This document shows positions 14,385 through 23,184 of a stretch of DNA of 34,038 bases, piece by piece. A program made the translations under genes and the position numbers. Within the stretch, counting starts at the first letter, position 1. Every line of letters starts with the position of its first letter. The stretch is from Thermoplasmata archaeon (GTDB lineage: Archaea > Thermoplasmatota > E2 > UBA202 > JdFR-43): the NCBI GenBank assembly GCA_008297865.1, contig VBQI01000001.1:1-34038 (forward strand), read 5' to 3'. The notes beneath the pieces were generated by a model. That model did no database searches. It saw nothing but the letters and a program-made list of their open reading frames with translations, and had not been told where the DNA came from.

Positions 14385-15146
14385 ATGTCCAAGCGATTGT
14401 ATCTTATAATAGCGGTTTTGATTATATTAATTTCAGTTTCTTTACTTTATGTTATATGGAAAGAAAAGCAAGAAGAGAAAGAAATAATTAGAGTAAAGAA
14501 ATTTCAACCCCGCTTGTTAAAGCAAGGAGCACTTCTATTGAAAAAAGAGGATTTTGAACAACTTTCTCCGTGGCAAAAATATGTTACTCCAAATGATTCA
14601 GAAGTAAGGAAGCTTGCTAATAGAATGAAAAATGTAAAGGAAGCATACAGAGAAGCTGTTCGGTGGACATGGGTATCAGATTCAACACTCCATGGAGTAG
14701 ATGAGAAATGGATTATGCCTCATGAATTTCTGGCAGACACGCCAAATTATGCTACAAATCCTGTTAAAGGTAGAATTGTAAGTGATTGCGAAGAACAGGC
14801 ATACACATTAGTCTCTCTTTTGAGAGCCATGGGCATAAAAGCAGAAAATGTTCGTGTTGTCGTGGGTGAGGTAAATTTCAGTGGACAAACAGGAGGGCAT
14901 GCATGGGTTGAAATTTATGAGGATGGAAAATGGCACGCATTAGATGCAACAAGCGGTCCATACTGGGATGATGAAGAAGCAAAATTGTACAAAAGGAGAG
15001 GCTATCCCTATAACTATTTCAAGAGATATTCCTATCCTTCAATTGAAATATGGGGATATTTTAATGACATATATTATTACAACCCTATAACAAAAGAGGG
15101 AAATGCTCCCCCCAACTGGGCATATTATCCTGTCTACCCACCATAA
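14385..15146 (+). CDS. Transglutaminase-like cysteine protease-fold protein, N-terminal TM anchor
   Basis: TM 'LYLIIAVLIILISVSLLYVIW'. Candidate Cys-His-Asp triad: 'SDCEEQAYTLVSLLRAMGI', 'GGHAWVEIY', 'WHALDAT'. Confidence 0.7.
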   Translation: MSKRLYLIIAVLIILISVSLLYVIWKEKQEEKEIIRVKKFQPRLLKQGALLLKKEDFEQLSPWQKYVTPNDSEVRKLANRMKNVKEAYREAVRWTWVSDSTLHGVDEKWIMPHEFLADTPNYATNPVKGRIVSDCEEQAYTLVSLLRAMGIKAENVRVVVGEVNFSGQTGGHAWVEIYEDGKWHALDATSGPYWDDEEAKLYKRRGYPYNYFKRYSYPSIEIWGYFNDIYYYNPITKEGNAPPNWAYYPVYPP

Positions 15147-15183
15147 ACCCACTACCTTTTTATTTTATTTTTCATTTCCTTTC

Positions 15184-16476
15184 ATGGAATGGCTTAAAGA
15201 AGCTCTATTTGTAAGAGAAAAAGCAAAGGAAAGCAACGCAATGTTCGGCGACTGCCTTCCAATGATTGCCTCAGAAAATATTTTGTCGCCATTATGTCAA
15301 GAAATGCTTATAACTGATTTTCATGGAAGATATGCTGAAGGCACACCAGGTAACAGATATTATCAGGGATGTAAATATTTTGATGAAGTAGAGAGCAAAG
15401 CAATTGAACTTGCAAAAAAGCTATTTAATTGCAAATATGCTGATGTTCGTCCCACCTCTGGCACTGTAGCCAATATGGCGGTGTTTAAAGCATTTGCGGA
15501 GCCAGGAGATGCCGTTACCGTTCTTGATACTGCAGATGGGGCACACATTTCCTTCGGGAAATGGGGTGCTGCTGGATTGCGTGGTTTGCAACTTCATTTT
15601 TACCCATTTGATGAGGAAATTATGAATATTGATGTTGATGGGGCAATTAAAGTTATAAGAGAAGTGAAGCCGAAGCTTGCTCTATTTGGACAAAGTGTCT
15701 TTCTTTTTCCCACGCCTTTGAAAGAGCTTGCCGAAGTTGCTCATGAAGTTGGGGCTAAGGTAATATACGATGCTGCCCATGTTCTCGGCTTAATAGCGGG
15801 AGGTAAATTTCAACAGCCATTGAAAGAGGGAGCAGATGTCATGACTGGTTCGACCCATAAAACATTGCCTGGGCCACAGGGGGGAGTTATCCTCACAGAT
15901 AAAACTAAAGAGGAGGATAAGAAAATGAAATATCTTGATTGGGCGGTTTTTCCAGGCGTTACATCATCATATCATTTACATCATGTAGCAGCTAAGGCTA
16001 TATCGTTTGCTGAACATCTACAATTTGGAAAAGAATATGCTGAGCAGATTGTGAAAAATGCCAAGAGACTTGCAGAAGCTTTATATAATCTTGGCTTCGA
16101 CGTCCTTGGCAAAGATTATGGATTTACAGAATCACATCAAGTATTGTTCAGAGTTGGAAAGGAAAAGGGAAGGGAAGCTGCTGAATTGCTTGAAGAAGGA
16201 GGTATAATAGCCAACATGAATATGGTGCCAGGAGATGAGCATCCTTTACGTCCTTCTGGCATAAGACTGGGTGTGCAGGAACTTACAAGGCTTGGGATGA
16301 AAGAAGATGAGATGGAAGAAGTGGCAAAATTCTTCAAAAGACTCCTTATAGACAAGGAGGAGGCAACTAAAGTTAGGAAAGATGTTATAGAATTCAAAAG
16401 GAATTATAGGGAAATACATTATTGCTTTTATGAGGGAAGGGATGCATATGAATTCATAGAGCTGATTAAGACATGA
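15184..16476 (+). CDS. glyA: Serine hydroxymethyltransferase (archaeal type)
   Basis: 'MIASENILSPL', 'HGRYAEGTPGNRYYQGC', 'VRPTSGTVANMAV', and 'GSTHKTLPGPQGG' (PLP lysine motif). The track start at 15103 overlaps the upstream gene, so I prefer the ATG at 15184. Confidence 0.9.
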   Translation: MEWLKEALFVREKAKESNAMFGDCLPMIASENILSPLCQEMLITDFHGRYAEGTPGNRYYQGCKYFDEVESKAIELAKKLFNCKYADVRPTSGTVANMAVFKAFAEPGDAVTVLDTADGAHISFGKWGAAGLRGLQLHFYPFDEEIMNIDVDGAIKVIREVKPKLALFGQSVFLFPTPLKELAEVAHEVGAKVIYDAAHVLGLIAGGKFQQPLKEGADVMTGSTHKTLPGPQGGVILTDKTKEEDKKMKYLDWAVFPGVTSSYHLHHVAAKAISFAEHLQFGKEYAEQIVKNAKRLAEALYNLGFDVLGKDYGFTESHQVLFRVGKEKGREAAELLEEGGIIANMNMVPGDEHPLRPSGIRLGVQELTRLGMKEDEMEEVAKFFKRLLIDKEEATKVRKDVIEFKRNYREIHYCFYEGRDAYEFIELIKT

Positions 16477-16985
16477 AAATAGCTCTGACTGGAACACCAG
16501 GTGTTGGAAAATCAAAAGTTGCTGATTTGCTTGAAAAAATGGGTTATAAAGTGCTTAGATTGGAGAAAATTACAGACAATTTTGTTATAGGATATGATAA
16601 GAGGAGGCAAAGTAAAATAGTAGATGAAGAATTGATGGATGAATATATTAAAAGAATAAGGGAGAAGGGATTGCTAATAATAGAAGGACATTTAAGTCAT
16701 TTATTAAGTGTTGATGGAGTTATTTTACTCAGATGCCATCCTAATGAGCTGAAAAAGAGGCTTAGGAAAAAGAGATGGAACGAAAAGAAAATTAAGGAGA
16801 ATCTGGAAGCGGAGGCATTGGACATTATACTTGAAAGGGCTTTAGAAAGGCATGAAAAAATATGGGAAATAGATACAACAGGAAAAAGCGTTGAAGAAGT
16901 AGTAAGTGAAATAGAGAAAATCTTAAAGGAAATGCCTCCTCCATACTATGGAAAAATTGATTACAGCAATTGGCTCATGCGTTAA
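16473..16985 (+). CDS. Fap7/AK6-type putative adenylate (nucleoside) kinase
   Basis: 'MKIALTGTPGVGKSKVADLL' P-loop, ~170 aa, 'GHLSHLL', 'LRCHP..L..RL'. ATGA overlap with glyA. Confidence 0.75.
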   Translation: MKIALTGTPGVGKSKVADLLEKMGYKVLRLEKITDNFVIGYDKRRQSKIVDEELMDEYIKRIREKGLLIIEGHLSHLLSVDGVILLRCHPNELKKRLRKKRWNEKKIKENLEAEALDIILERALERHEKIWEIDTTGKSVEEVVSEIEKILKEMPPPYYGKIDYSNWLMR

Positions 16986-17023
16986 CGAGAAAATCAAAAA
17001 TGCGTTAACGAGAAAATCAAAAA
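16977..17023. repeat. 23-bp-period tandem duplication spanning the stop codon of the Fap7-like gene
   Basis: 'tgcgttaacgagaaaatcaaaaa' at 16978-17000 and 17001-17023. Confidence 0.85.
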
Positions 17024-17069
17024 CGAAGAAAACCAAAAGCATAAATAACTTTCTTTTTTAACCTAATCC

Positions 17070-17933
17070 ATGGAAAATAAGTGGTGGCTTATTGAAGATG
17101 AAGAAACTTTACATAAAGCCCGAATTTCCAACAATTATAAAAAGAAGGTCCTTCTACAAAAAAAATTGTATATATTTGACCAGGATGGCACTACATATCT
17201 TGATTTTAAGCCCCTGCCTGGAGCGAGAGAAATTGTCGCATATTTAATGAAAAAAAGTAAAAGTTATGTTGTATTCATATCTAACAATTCATCTAAAAGC
17301 ACCTATACCTATCAAAAAAAACTGAGCAGCATCCTCGACATCAGTATATCCGAAAACCAGATATACACTTCTACTTTAGCTACAATTCAATATCTTAAAT
17401 TAAATGGTATAAATAGCGTTTATGCTGTAGGAACTCCCGATTTTGAGAAAGAATTAATGAATCATGGCATCGAGTTAACTGAAGAAAATCCGGAGTTAGT
17501 AATTGTAGCTTTTGATACCACTCTAACATATGAAAAGTTGAAGAAAGCTTGCTTATTCATTCGTAATGGAATAGAATATGTTGCAACTCATCCAGATAAA
17601 GTATGTCCTACTCAAGAAGGATATATTCCTGATACTGGCTCATTTATTGCATTGATTGAGACTGCCACAGATGTAAAGCCAAAAAAAATATTGGGCAAGC
17701 CGAACCCAGATTTAATAAATTTTTTGCTTGATAAATTTAATCTTTCGCCTTCAGACGCTATTATTTTTGGAGATCGCTTATATACTGATATCCTCATGGG
17801 GAAAAATAGCAATATTACTACAGCATTAATGCTTACCGGGGAATCGAAAATTAAAGATATTGAAAGATATGGAATTATTCCAGATTTTGTTTTCATAAAT
17901 TTTGAAGAGGTCCTGCAACTCCTGCGAAGTTAA
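17070..17933 (+). CDS. HAD-superfamily hydrolase, subfamily IIA (NagD/PNPase-like phosphatase)
   Basis: 'IFDQDGTTYL' (DxDGT motif I), 'FISNNSS' (motif II), 'GKPNP' and 'FGDRLYTDI' (motifs III/IV). Confidence 0.75.
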   Translation: MENKWWLIEDEETLHKARISNNYKKKVLLQKKLYIFDQDGTTYLDFKPLPGAREIVAYLMKKSKSYVVFISNNSSKSTYTYQKKLSSILDISISENQIYTSTLATIQYLKLNGINSVYAVGTPDFEKELMNHGIELTEENPELVIVAFDTTLTYEKLKKACLFIRNGIEYVATHPDKVCPTQEGYIPDTGSFIALIETATDVKPKKILGKPNPDLINFLLDKFNLSPSDAIIFGDRLYTDILMGKNSNITTALMLTGESKIKDIERYGIIPDFVFINFEEVLQLLRS

Positions 17934-18446
17934 TCATTCCTTGAAAAGGTGCCTTCCTTTCCAGATATAATGTGCTCCAGATACTATTGTAAGTATGACT
18001 GCAATAAACATAAGCCACCAGTAAAATGGCCATTCTTGCATGGCAAAAATGACTGCAACTATCTGGGAGTTTGTTTTTAACTTGCCGAGTTTACTTGCAG
18101 CAATTACTATGCCATGAGATGCAGATAGTATGCGAAGGCCAGAAACCATAAATTCTCTAGCAACTATAATGATAACCATCCAATCTGGTATAATCTGCTT
18201 ATAAACTAAATATATCAAAATGCTTACAACCAAAACTTTATCTACCAAAGGATCAAGAAATTTTCCAAGATTGGTTATAATATTTCTACTCCTGGCAATA
18301 TAACCATCTATGAGGTCTGTTACAGAAGCTAAGATAAAAATAGCTGTGGCAATGTCAACGTTATAGGAAATGTTGGAATACAATATTAATAAAATAATGG
18401 GCACCAATAACAATCTAAAGAGGCTCAGCTTATTGGGCAAATTCAT
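17934..18446 (-). CDS. CDP-alcohol phosphatidyltransferase family protein (PgsA-like)
   Basis: Signature 'DLIDGYIARSRNIITNLGKFLDPLVDK' (D-G-x2-A-R-x8-G-x3-D-x3-D). Multiple TM helices. Confidence 0.8.
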   Translation of the reverse strand: MNLPNKLSLFRLLLVPIILLILYSNISYNVDIATAIFILASVTDLIDGYIARSRNIITNLGKFLDPLVDKVLVVSILIYLVYKQIIPDWMVIIIVAREFMVSGLRILSASHGIVIAASKLGKLKTNSQIVAVIFAMQEWPFYWWLMFIAVILTIVSGAHYIWKGRHLFKE

Positions 18447-18493
18447 ATGGATAAATTGATTTCAGAATTTAAACATATAGATATGTTATAGAC

Positions 18494-19303
18494 TCACTTC
18501 CTTAATCTTCCGAAGAAATGGGCATAGACTGCTGATATAATTAATATGAAGGTTGCCATTAAAACAATGCATGCTCCAGTTGGTAAATCTAAAAGAAGAC
18601 TTAAAAATATACCTCCTACTGCAGAAAAACTGCCTAAAATAGCTGAAAAACACAAAATAAGTTTTATATTTTCAGAAAGCAGGAAAGCAGATGCTGCAGG
18701 AATGAAAAGCAATGAAAAAACAAGGAAACCACCAACCAATTTTAATATTAATGAGACTGTAACTCCTGATAAAAACATTAAGGAGTATTTGTATGCCTTA
18801 ACATTTATTCCTTCCGCCTCCGCCAGCTTGCTGTCAAACAATAGGGATTTTAGTTGAGGGAAGAAGGCAATGATGTAAATTAAAACAAGGAAAAAGAGGA
18901 TGGAAAGGAAAACTGTATAGCCAGAAGTAACTGTCAAAATGCTACCCCATAATATGCTTGATACTGCTTGAGCAGATATGACACCTCCAGGAGAAATTGA
19001 GATGAAAATGAATGCGAAAGCTGTATAGATAGAAAAGAGAGACATCGAAAATAAATCGAACGGAATATGAAACAAATCAGCCAATGGGCCAAGGAATAAA
19101 GCCGTTAAAATAGCCAGAATCAGGCCAATTGTAGAAGGTTCCATACCCAAAAACATGGCAAGGGCAGCCCCAGCCAAAGCAGCATGAGCAGTAGAGAATG
19201 CTACTGTATTTAAATTGAGCCTTGTTATATGAACACCCATTAACCCACATAAAAAGCCAGCAAAAATTGCTGCAATAAATGCTCTGATTAAAATAGTTAA
19301 CAA
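18494..19303 (-). CDS. Metal (Zn/Mn/Fe-type, ABC-3 family) ABC transporter permease
   Basis: 269 aa and highly hydrophobic with ~8 TM segments, ZnuB/TroC-like. Overlaps the ATPase gene by 7 nt. Confidence 0.8.
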   Translation of the reverse strand: MLTILIRAFIAAIFAGFLCGLMGVHITRLNLNTVAFSTAHAALAGAALAMFLGMEPSTIGLILAILTALFLGPLADLFHIPFDLFSMSLFSIYTAFAFIFISISPGGVISAQAVSSILWGSILTVTSGYTVFLSILFFLVLIYIIAFFPQLKSLLFDSKLAEAEGINVKAYKYSLMFLSGVTVSLILKLVGGFLVFSLLFIPAASAFLLSENIKLILCFSAILGSFSAVGGIFLSLLLDLPTGACIVLMATFILIISAVYAHFFGRLRK

Positions 19304-19983
19304 CTAATCACCATGCCATTTTTCATTTTTATTATCCTATCAAATTCTATCTTTGGTGTTATATGTGATACTATAAGAATAGTTACATTCTCGTTTCTGT
19401 TCAAATTTTCGAGTATATCACATATTTCATGTCTGGCTTCTTTGTCAACAGAGCTAAAAGGCTCATCAAGAAAAAGTATTTTTGGCTGTCTAGCTAAGGC
19501 TCTTGCCATCAGCACTTTTTGCTGTTGTCCTGCACTTAATCTTCCAATTGGTTTGTTTAAAAGCTCGACAGCTTTTACTTTTTTTAATGCTTCTAAAATG
19601 TTACCATTATTTGCATTTTTTCCAATGCTTGCGAAGCCCATTGCCACAACATCTTTTACTATAAAAGGTTCTCCGGCTGGCTTTATAAAATCTTGCGGAA
19701 GATATCCACAGTATTTTCTAGCTTTTATTGCATCCTTTGGCATTTCATATCCCAGCAATTTTATTTTTCCTTCGTAAGGCTTTAACAAGCCTAATATTGT
19801 TTCGAGAAGCGTTGTCTTGCCTGCTCCATTTGGGCCAGTAATTAAGACAATTTCTCCTTTTCTTATTTCAAGGCTAATATTCTTTATTGCTGGCTTAAGC
19901 TCTCCTGCATATGAAGTTGATACATTTTCTAATTCAATTACTCTATTTCGTAAATTTCCTCTACTTGCAAACTGCGCAACCAT
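19297..19983 (-). CDS. Metal ABC transporter ATP-binding protein (ZnuC-like)
   Basis: Walker A 'GPNGAGKTT', signature 'LSAGQQQ', Walker B 'ILFLDEP', H-loop 'VSH'. Confidence 0.85.
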   Translation of the reverse strand: MVAQFASRGNLRNRVIELENVSTSYAGELKPAIKNISLEIRKGEIVLITGPNGAGKTTLLETILGLLKPYEGKIKLLGYEMPKDAIKARKYCGYLPQDFIKPAGEPFIVKDVVAMGFASIGKNANNGNILEALKKVKAVELLNKPIGRLSAGQQQKVLMARALARQPKILFLDEPFSSVDKEARHEICDILENLNRNENVTILIVSHITPKIEFDRIIKMKNGMVISC

Positions 19984-20321
19984 TTTATGCCTTCCTGCAT
20001 GTCCAGCTCCTCCAATTTTTTGAGCACTTCCTTTCTTACTTTAAAAAATATTCTTTTATCTCCACTTCCTACTTCGACTTCGATATCGTTTCCATCCTCT
20101 ACCTTTATATTTCCTTTACCAAAAGTGCACGAACTGCTGCACTGTAAGCCATCTATGGCACATGAAAAAGGTGTTTTCAGAGGGCATTTTATCATTGCTT
20201 TTAACTCAAATTCATTTTTTGGCTTAAGTTTATCAACGGCATATTTTCCAGCAATATAGCCAAGTAATAAATATGGACCTAAATGCCCATGAAATTTCTT
20301 TGCTTCCTCCTCACTTAACAT
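19938..20321 (-). CDS. FmdE/FwdE-domain protein
   Basis: 'FHGHLGPYLLLGY' is typical of the FmdE family, plus 'CAIDGLQCSSSCTFGKGN'. I prefer the ATG at 20321, which follows GGAGGAAAA (SD). Confidence 0.65.
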   Translation of the reverse strand: MLSEEEAKKFHGHLGPYLLLGYIAGKYAVDKLKPKNEFELKAMIKCPLKTPFSCAIDGLQCSSSCTFGKGNIKVEDGNDIEVEVGSGDKRIFFKVRKEVLKKLEELDMQEGIKWLRSLQVEEIYEIE

Positions 20322-21237
20322 TTTTCCTCCATATAATGATTGCTTCAACAATTGCTACGGCAATTAAACCAAAAGTGGCATATTCATAAACTTGTAATTT
20401 TGATTTTATTAATGAAAGCTCACTCCTAATCCCTAAATTTTCTACTGCTGAGGCAAGTTTTTTGGCATTGTACATCATAACTGCAGACATATTATGTAGC
20501 TCCGTGCCAGTTCCTGGAAAGTTTGTTAAAACTACATGCACCAATCCCATGCCTTCCAATGCTTCACCCAAACTTGTTCCACTTTGTAAATTACTTATCA
20601 CAAGCTTAATATTCTCTTCCCTTATTTTTTCTTCAATTTCAGCAATATCTTGGCTTGTTAGTGTTTCTGGTGAAGGATAGCTTATTGTAACATTAAAGCC
20701 GAGGTAGGAGACAAAAGCTTTTTGAAATTCTTGACAGCATACTTTTATATCACCAAATCCATTTTCTTCAGCAATTTTTTTGAGCTCACTATCAGTTTTA
20801 TTTATATACTCCAAGCAACTCTGTAATCTGTCTCCCAAATCAATTTTTTCTTCTAATATAGAAGCAATTTGCCGATAATATTTCCTCAAATTTTCTGGGG
20901 TATTCCATGGTCCACTAACTTTTTCTATAACAACGTCTTCTTTAAGTTCTTCCTCGATCTGTTCAACCCATGGCTCAAATCCTTGGTAAATCAATATATC
21001 TGCTTTTGTAGCAATTTCTATATCACTTGGTTTGAGATCATAGTGAGCAGGGCATAATGATGGATTAGCAATTGTATATACTTCTACTTTATCTCCTGCT
21101 AAATCCTCAACAATGCTTCCTGTTATGCTTGTAGTAGTTACAACCCTTATCTTTTCATTCTCTGCATTGTTTAGTGGTAGAAATAGCAGGCAAACAATAA
21201 GAAATATGTAATACCTTTTCATAAAAACGTAATACAT
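20311..21237 (-). CDS. Metal ABC transporter substrate-binding protein (ZnuA/TroA-like) with C-terminal TM anchor
   Basis: N-terminal signal segment. 'IRVVTTTSITGSIVEDLAGDKVEV...CPAHYDLKPSD...ADILIYQGFEPWV'. C-terminal 'ATFGLIAVAIVEAIIIW' anchor. Confidence 0.75.
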   Translation of the reverse strand: MYYVFMKRYYIFLIVCLLFLPLNNAENEKIRVVTTTSITGSIVEDLAGDKVEVYTIANPSLCPAHYDLKPSDIEIATKADILIYQGFEPWVEQIEEELKEDVVIEKVSGPWNTPENLRKYYRQIASILEEKIDLGDRLQSCLEYINKTDSELKKIAEENGFGDIKVCCQEFQKAFVSYLGFNVTISYPSPETLTSQDIAEIEEKIREENIKLVISNLQSGTSLGEALEGMGLVHVVLTNFPGTGTELHNMSAVMMYNAKKLASAVENLGIRSELSLIKSKLQVYEYATFGLIAVAIVEAIIIWRKNVK

Positions 21238-21299
21238 TTATTTTATAAATTTTTTTGCCTTATAAAATGAAAAGACAATGGAAATAAATCAACTGAAAG

Positions 21300-22040
21300 T
21301 CATTCACTCCATTTTCTCATTATCAGATGAGCTGCTACGCCAGCTCCAAATCCATTATCTATGTTCACCACAACTATGCCTGGTGAGCAACTGTTGAGCA
21401 TTGCCATTAAAGCCGCTAAGCCATTCATTCCAGTGCCATATCCAATGCTTGTTGGAACAGCTATGACAGGAGCGGATGTGAAGTTGGATATGAGTGTTGG
21501 CAGTATTCCATCCATGCCTGCAACAGCTATGACAACGCTTGCCTTACTTATTTCATCCGCATGCGCAACCAAACGATGAACGCCGGCAACCCCTATATCA
21601 TATATCCTCTTAACTTCATTTCCCAGTTCTTCAGCTGTTACAGCAGCCTCCTCTGCTATTGAAATATCGCCACTTCCTGCGGATGCTACCAAAATGTAGC
21701 CATTGCCACTTTTCTTTTCGCGCTTTCCAATTACTATCATTTTGCATTTTTCGTAATATCTACAATTTTTATAACCTCGAACCCCTTCATAAATTTCTTT
21801 CCCTGCCTTTGTGATAAAAATTTTTTCTTTTCCCACCATTTCTTCAACAATTTTCTTTATCTGTTCCTTTGTTTTATTAGGCGCATATATTGCTTCTGGT
21901 ACACCGCGCCTTAGGCGACGATGAAAATCAATTTTTGCAAATTTTATATCCTTAAAGGGGAGATTTTTTAAAATTTCTATTGCTTCATTTATACTCATCT
22001 CTCCTTTTTTCACCTTCTTCAGTATTTCTTTAACATCCAT
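21300..22040 (-). CDS. larB: LarB-like (PurE-fold) nickel-pincer cofactor biosynthesis protein / CpmA-like
   Basis: ~246 aa. The C-terminal PurE-like region reads 'ILVASAGSGDISIAEEAAVTAEELG...DIGVAGVHRL...IAVAGMDGILPTLI...PVIAVPTSIGYG'. Confidence 0.7.
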   Translation of the reverse strand: MDVKEILKKVKKGEMSINEAIEILKNLPFKDIKFAKIDFHRRLRRGVPEAIYAPNKTKEQIKKIVEEMVGKEKIFITKAGKEIYEGVRGYKNCRYYEKCKMIVIGKREKKSGNGYILVASAGSGDISIAEEAAVTAEELGNEVKRIYDIGVAGVHRLVAHADEISKASVVIAVAGMDGILPTLISNFTSAPVIAVPTSIGYGTGMNGLAALMAMLNSCSPGIVVVNIDNGFGAGVAAHLIMRKWSE

Positions 22041-22091
22041 TTTATGTCAATAAAATTGCAACATTTAAATGTTTTATAATATTGCCTTTTA

Positions 22092-23180
22092 ATGAAATGG
22101 AGATACGTTGGAATGATGATAGCGATTGCTTTTGTTATTGCCCTAATTTTATTTCCTCATGAAGTATATGACAAATTTATATGGAAGTATTTCATTGGTC
22201 CCATAGTAGCAGATGCAGAGGGGCATGCAGTAAGCTATCATGGTGTGTGGGCATATGAAGGTTATTCTTTAGCATCTGAAATAGCATATGGTCTTTTCAT
22301 AGTATTTTTCATTTATCTCTTCTATCTTTTTTTTGAAAAATATAATGTTAAAGTTAATCTGAGATTTATTATTGCATCTCTTCCCTTCATTTTATATGGT
22401 TCCGTAGCGAGGGTTTTGGAAGATGCCGGAGTATTCGTTAAGCCCCTCTCCTACCTTTTCATTTCCCCCATAATATATGTTCAGATAGGTATTCTCTTCT
22501 TTATTTCGCTAATATATGGTATTCGATTTCATGATGGAAAAACATTTGCATACAGCTTAATTTTAAAGAATATTGCATATGTTCTTGTATATATTTTTGT
22601 TTTTATAAAATATTGCCGATATAATTTGCATCCTGTAATATTTGCTTTCTTTTCCATCCTATCCTTCCTTATATACCATAAATTTAGGAATAAAGATTAT
22701 AATGCCTCCATTTTCTCATTTGGTATCCTTTTCTTGCTTACTTCCGCTTCAATGCTGGCATACTATTCCATAGGAAAAAATATGGATTTAAGAATTACAA
22801 TAGCTCCTGCGTTAGCTGCGATTATAACACTGGCTATATATTTTTTATCAAGACGTTTTAACCTTAAATTGCTTGGCAACAAACTAAATAATATGCTCAT
22901 ATTTGGACACATGCTAGATGGTTTGACAACATATTTTGCAGTTGTTGATCCCTTACATTTCGGAATTGGCTATGGAGAAAAACATCCATTGCCAGATTTT
23001 CTCATGAAAAAATTTTATGGAATTGGTTATCCTCTCTTGAAATTTTTTGTTATAATCGGCATAATATATGTTATAGATGATTTGAAAACAAATTTAAAAA
23101 ATACTATAAAGTTCTTCATTCTATTTCTTGGTTTATCTCCAGGCTTAAGAGATTTACTTCGCATTATTGTAGGAGCCTAA
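22092..23180 (+). CDS. Polytopic membrane protein, DUF63-like
   Basis: 362 aa with ~9 TM helices. 'FGHMLDGLTTYFAVVDP...GYGEKHPLPDFLM' resembles my recollection of the archaeal DUF63 signature. Confidence 0.55.
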   Translation: MKWRYVGMMIAIAFVIALILFPHEVYDKFIWKYFIGPIVADAEGHAVSYHGVWAYEGYSLASEIAYGLFIVFFIYLFYLFFEKYNVKVNLRFIIASLPFILYGSVARVLEDAGVFVKPLSYLFISPIIYVQIGILFFISLIYGIRFHDGKTFAYSLILKNIAYVLVYIFVFIKYCRYNLHPVIFAFFSILSFLIYHKFRNKDYNASIFSFGILFLLTSASMLAYYSIGKNMDLRITIAPALAAIITLAIYFLSRRFNLKLLGNKLNNMLIFGHMLDGLTTYFAVVDPLHFGIGYGEKHPLPDFLMKKFYGIGYPLLKFFVIIGIIYVIDDLKTNLKNTIKFFILFLGLSPGLRDLLRIIVGA

Positions 23181-23184
23181 TAAT

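Noticed and set aside
15103-15183. N-terminal extension of glyA overlapping the transglutaminase-like gene
   Set aside because: The extension (MLPPTGHIILSTHHKPTTFLFYFSFPF) is not SHMT-like and overlaps the upstream CDS by 44 nt. The conserved SHMT sequence begins at the ATG at 15184.
19938-19983. 46-nt overlap between the FmdE-like gene end and the ABC ATPase start, as a possible frameshift or fusion
   Set aside because: Both proteins look complete: the FmdE-like C-terminus is intact, and the ATPase has a normal N-terminus before Walker A. The ATPase may simply use a downstream non-ATG start. No homopolymer break is evident.
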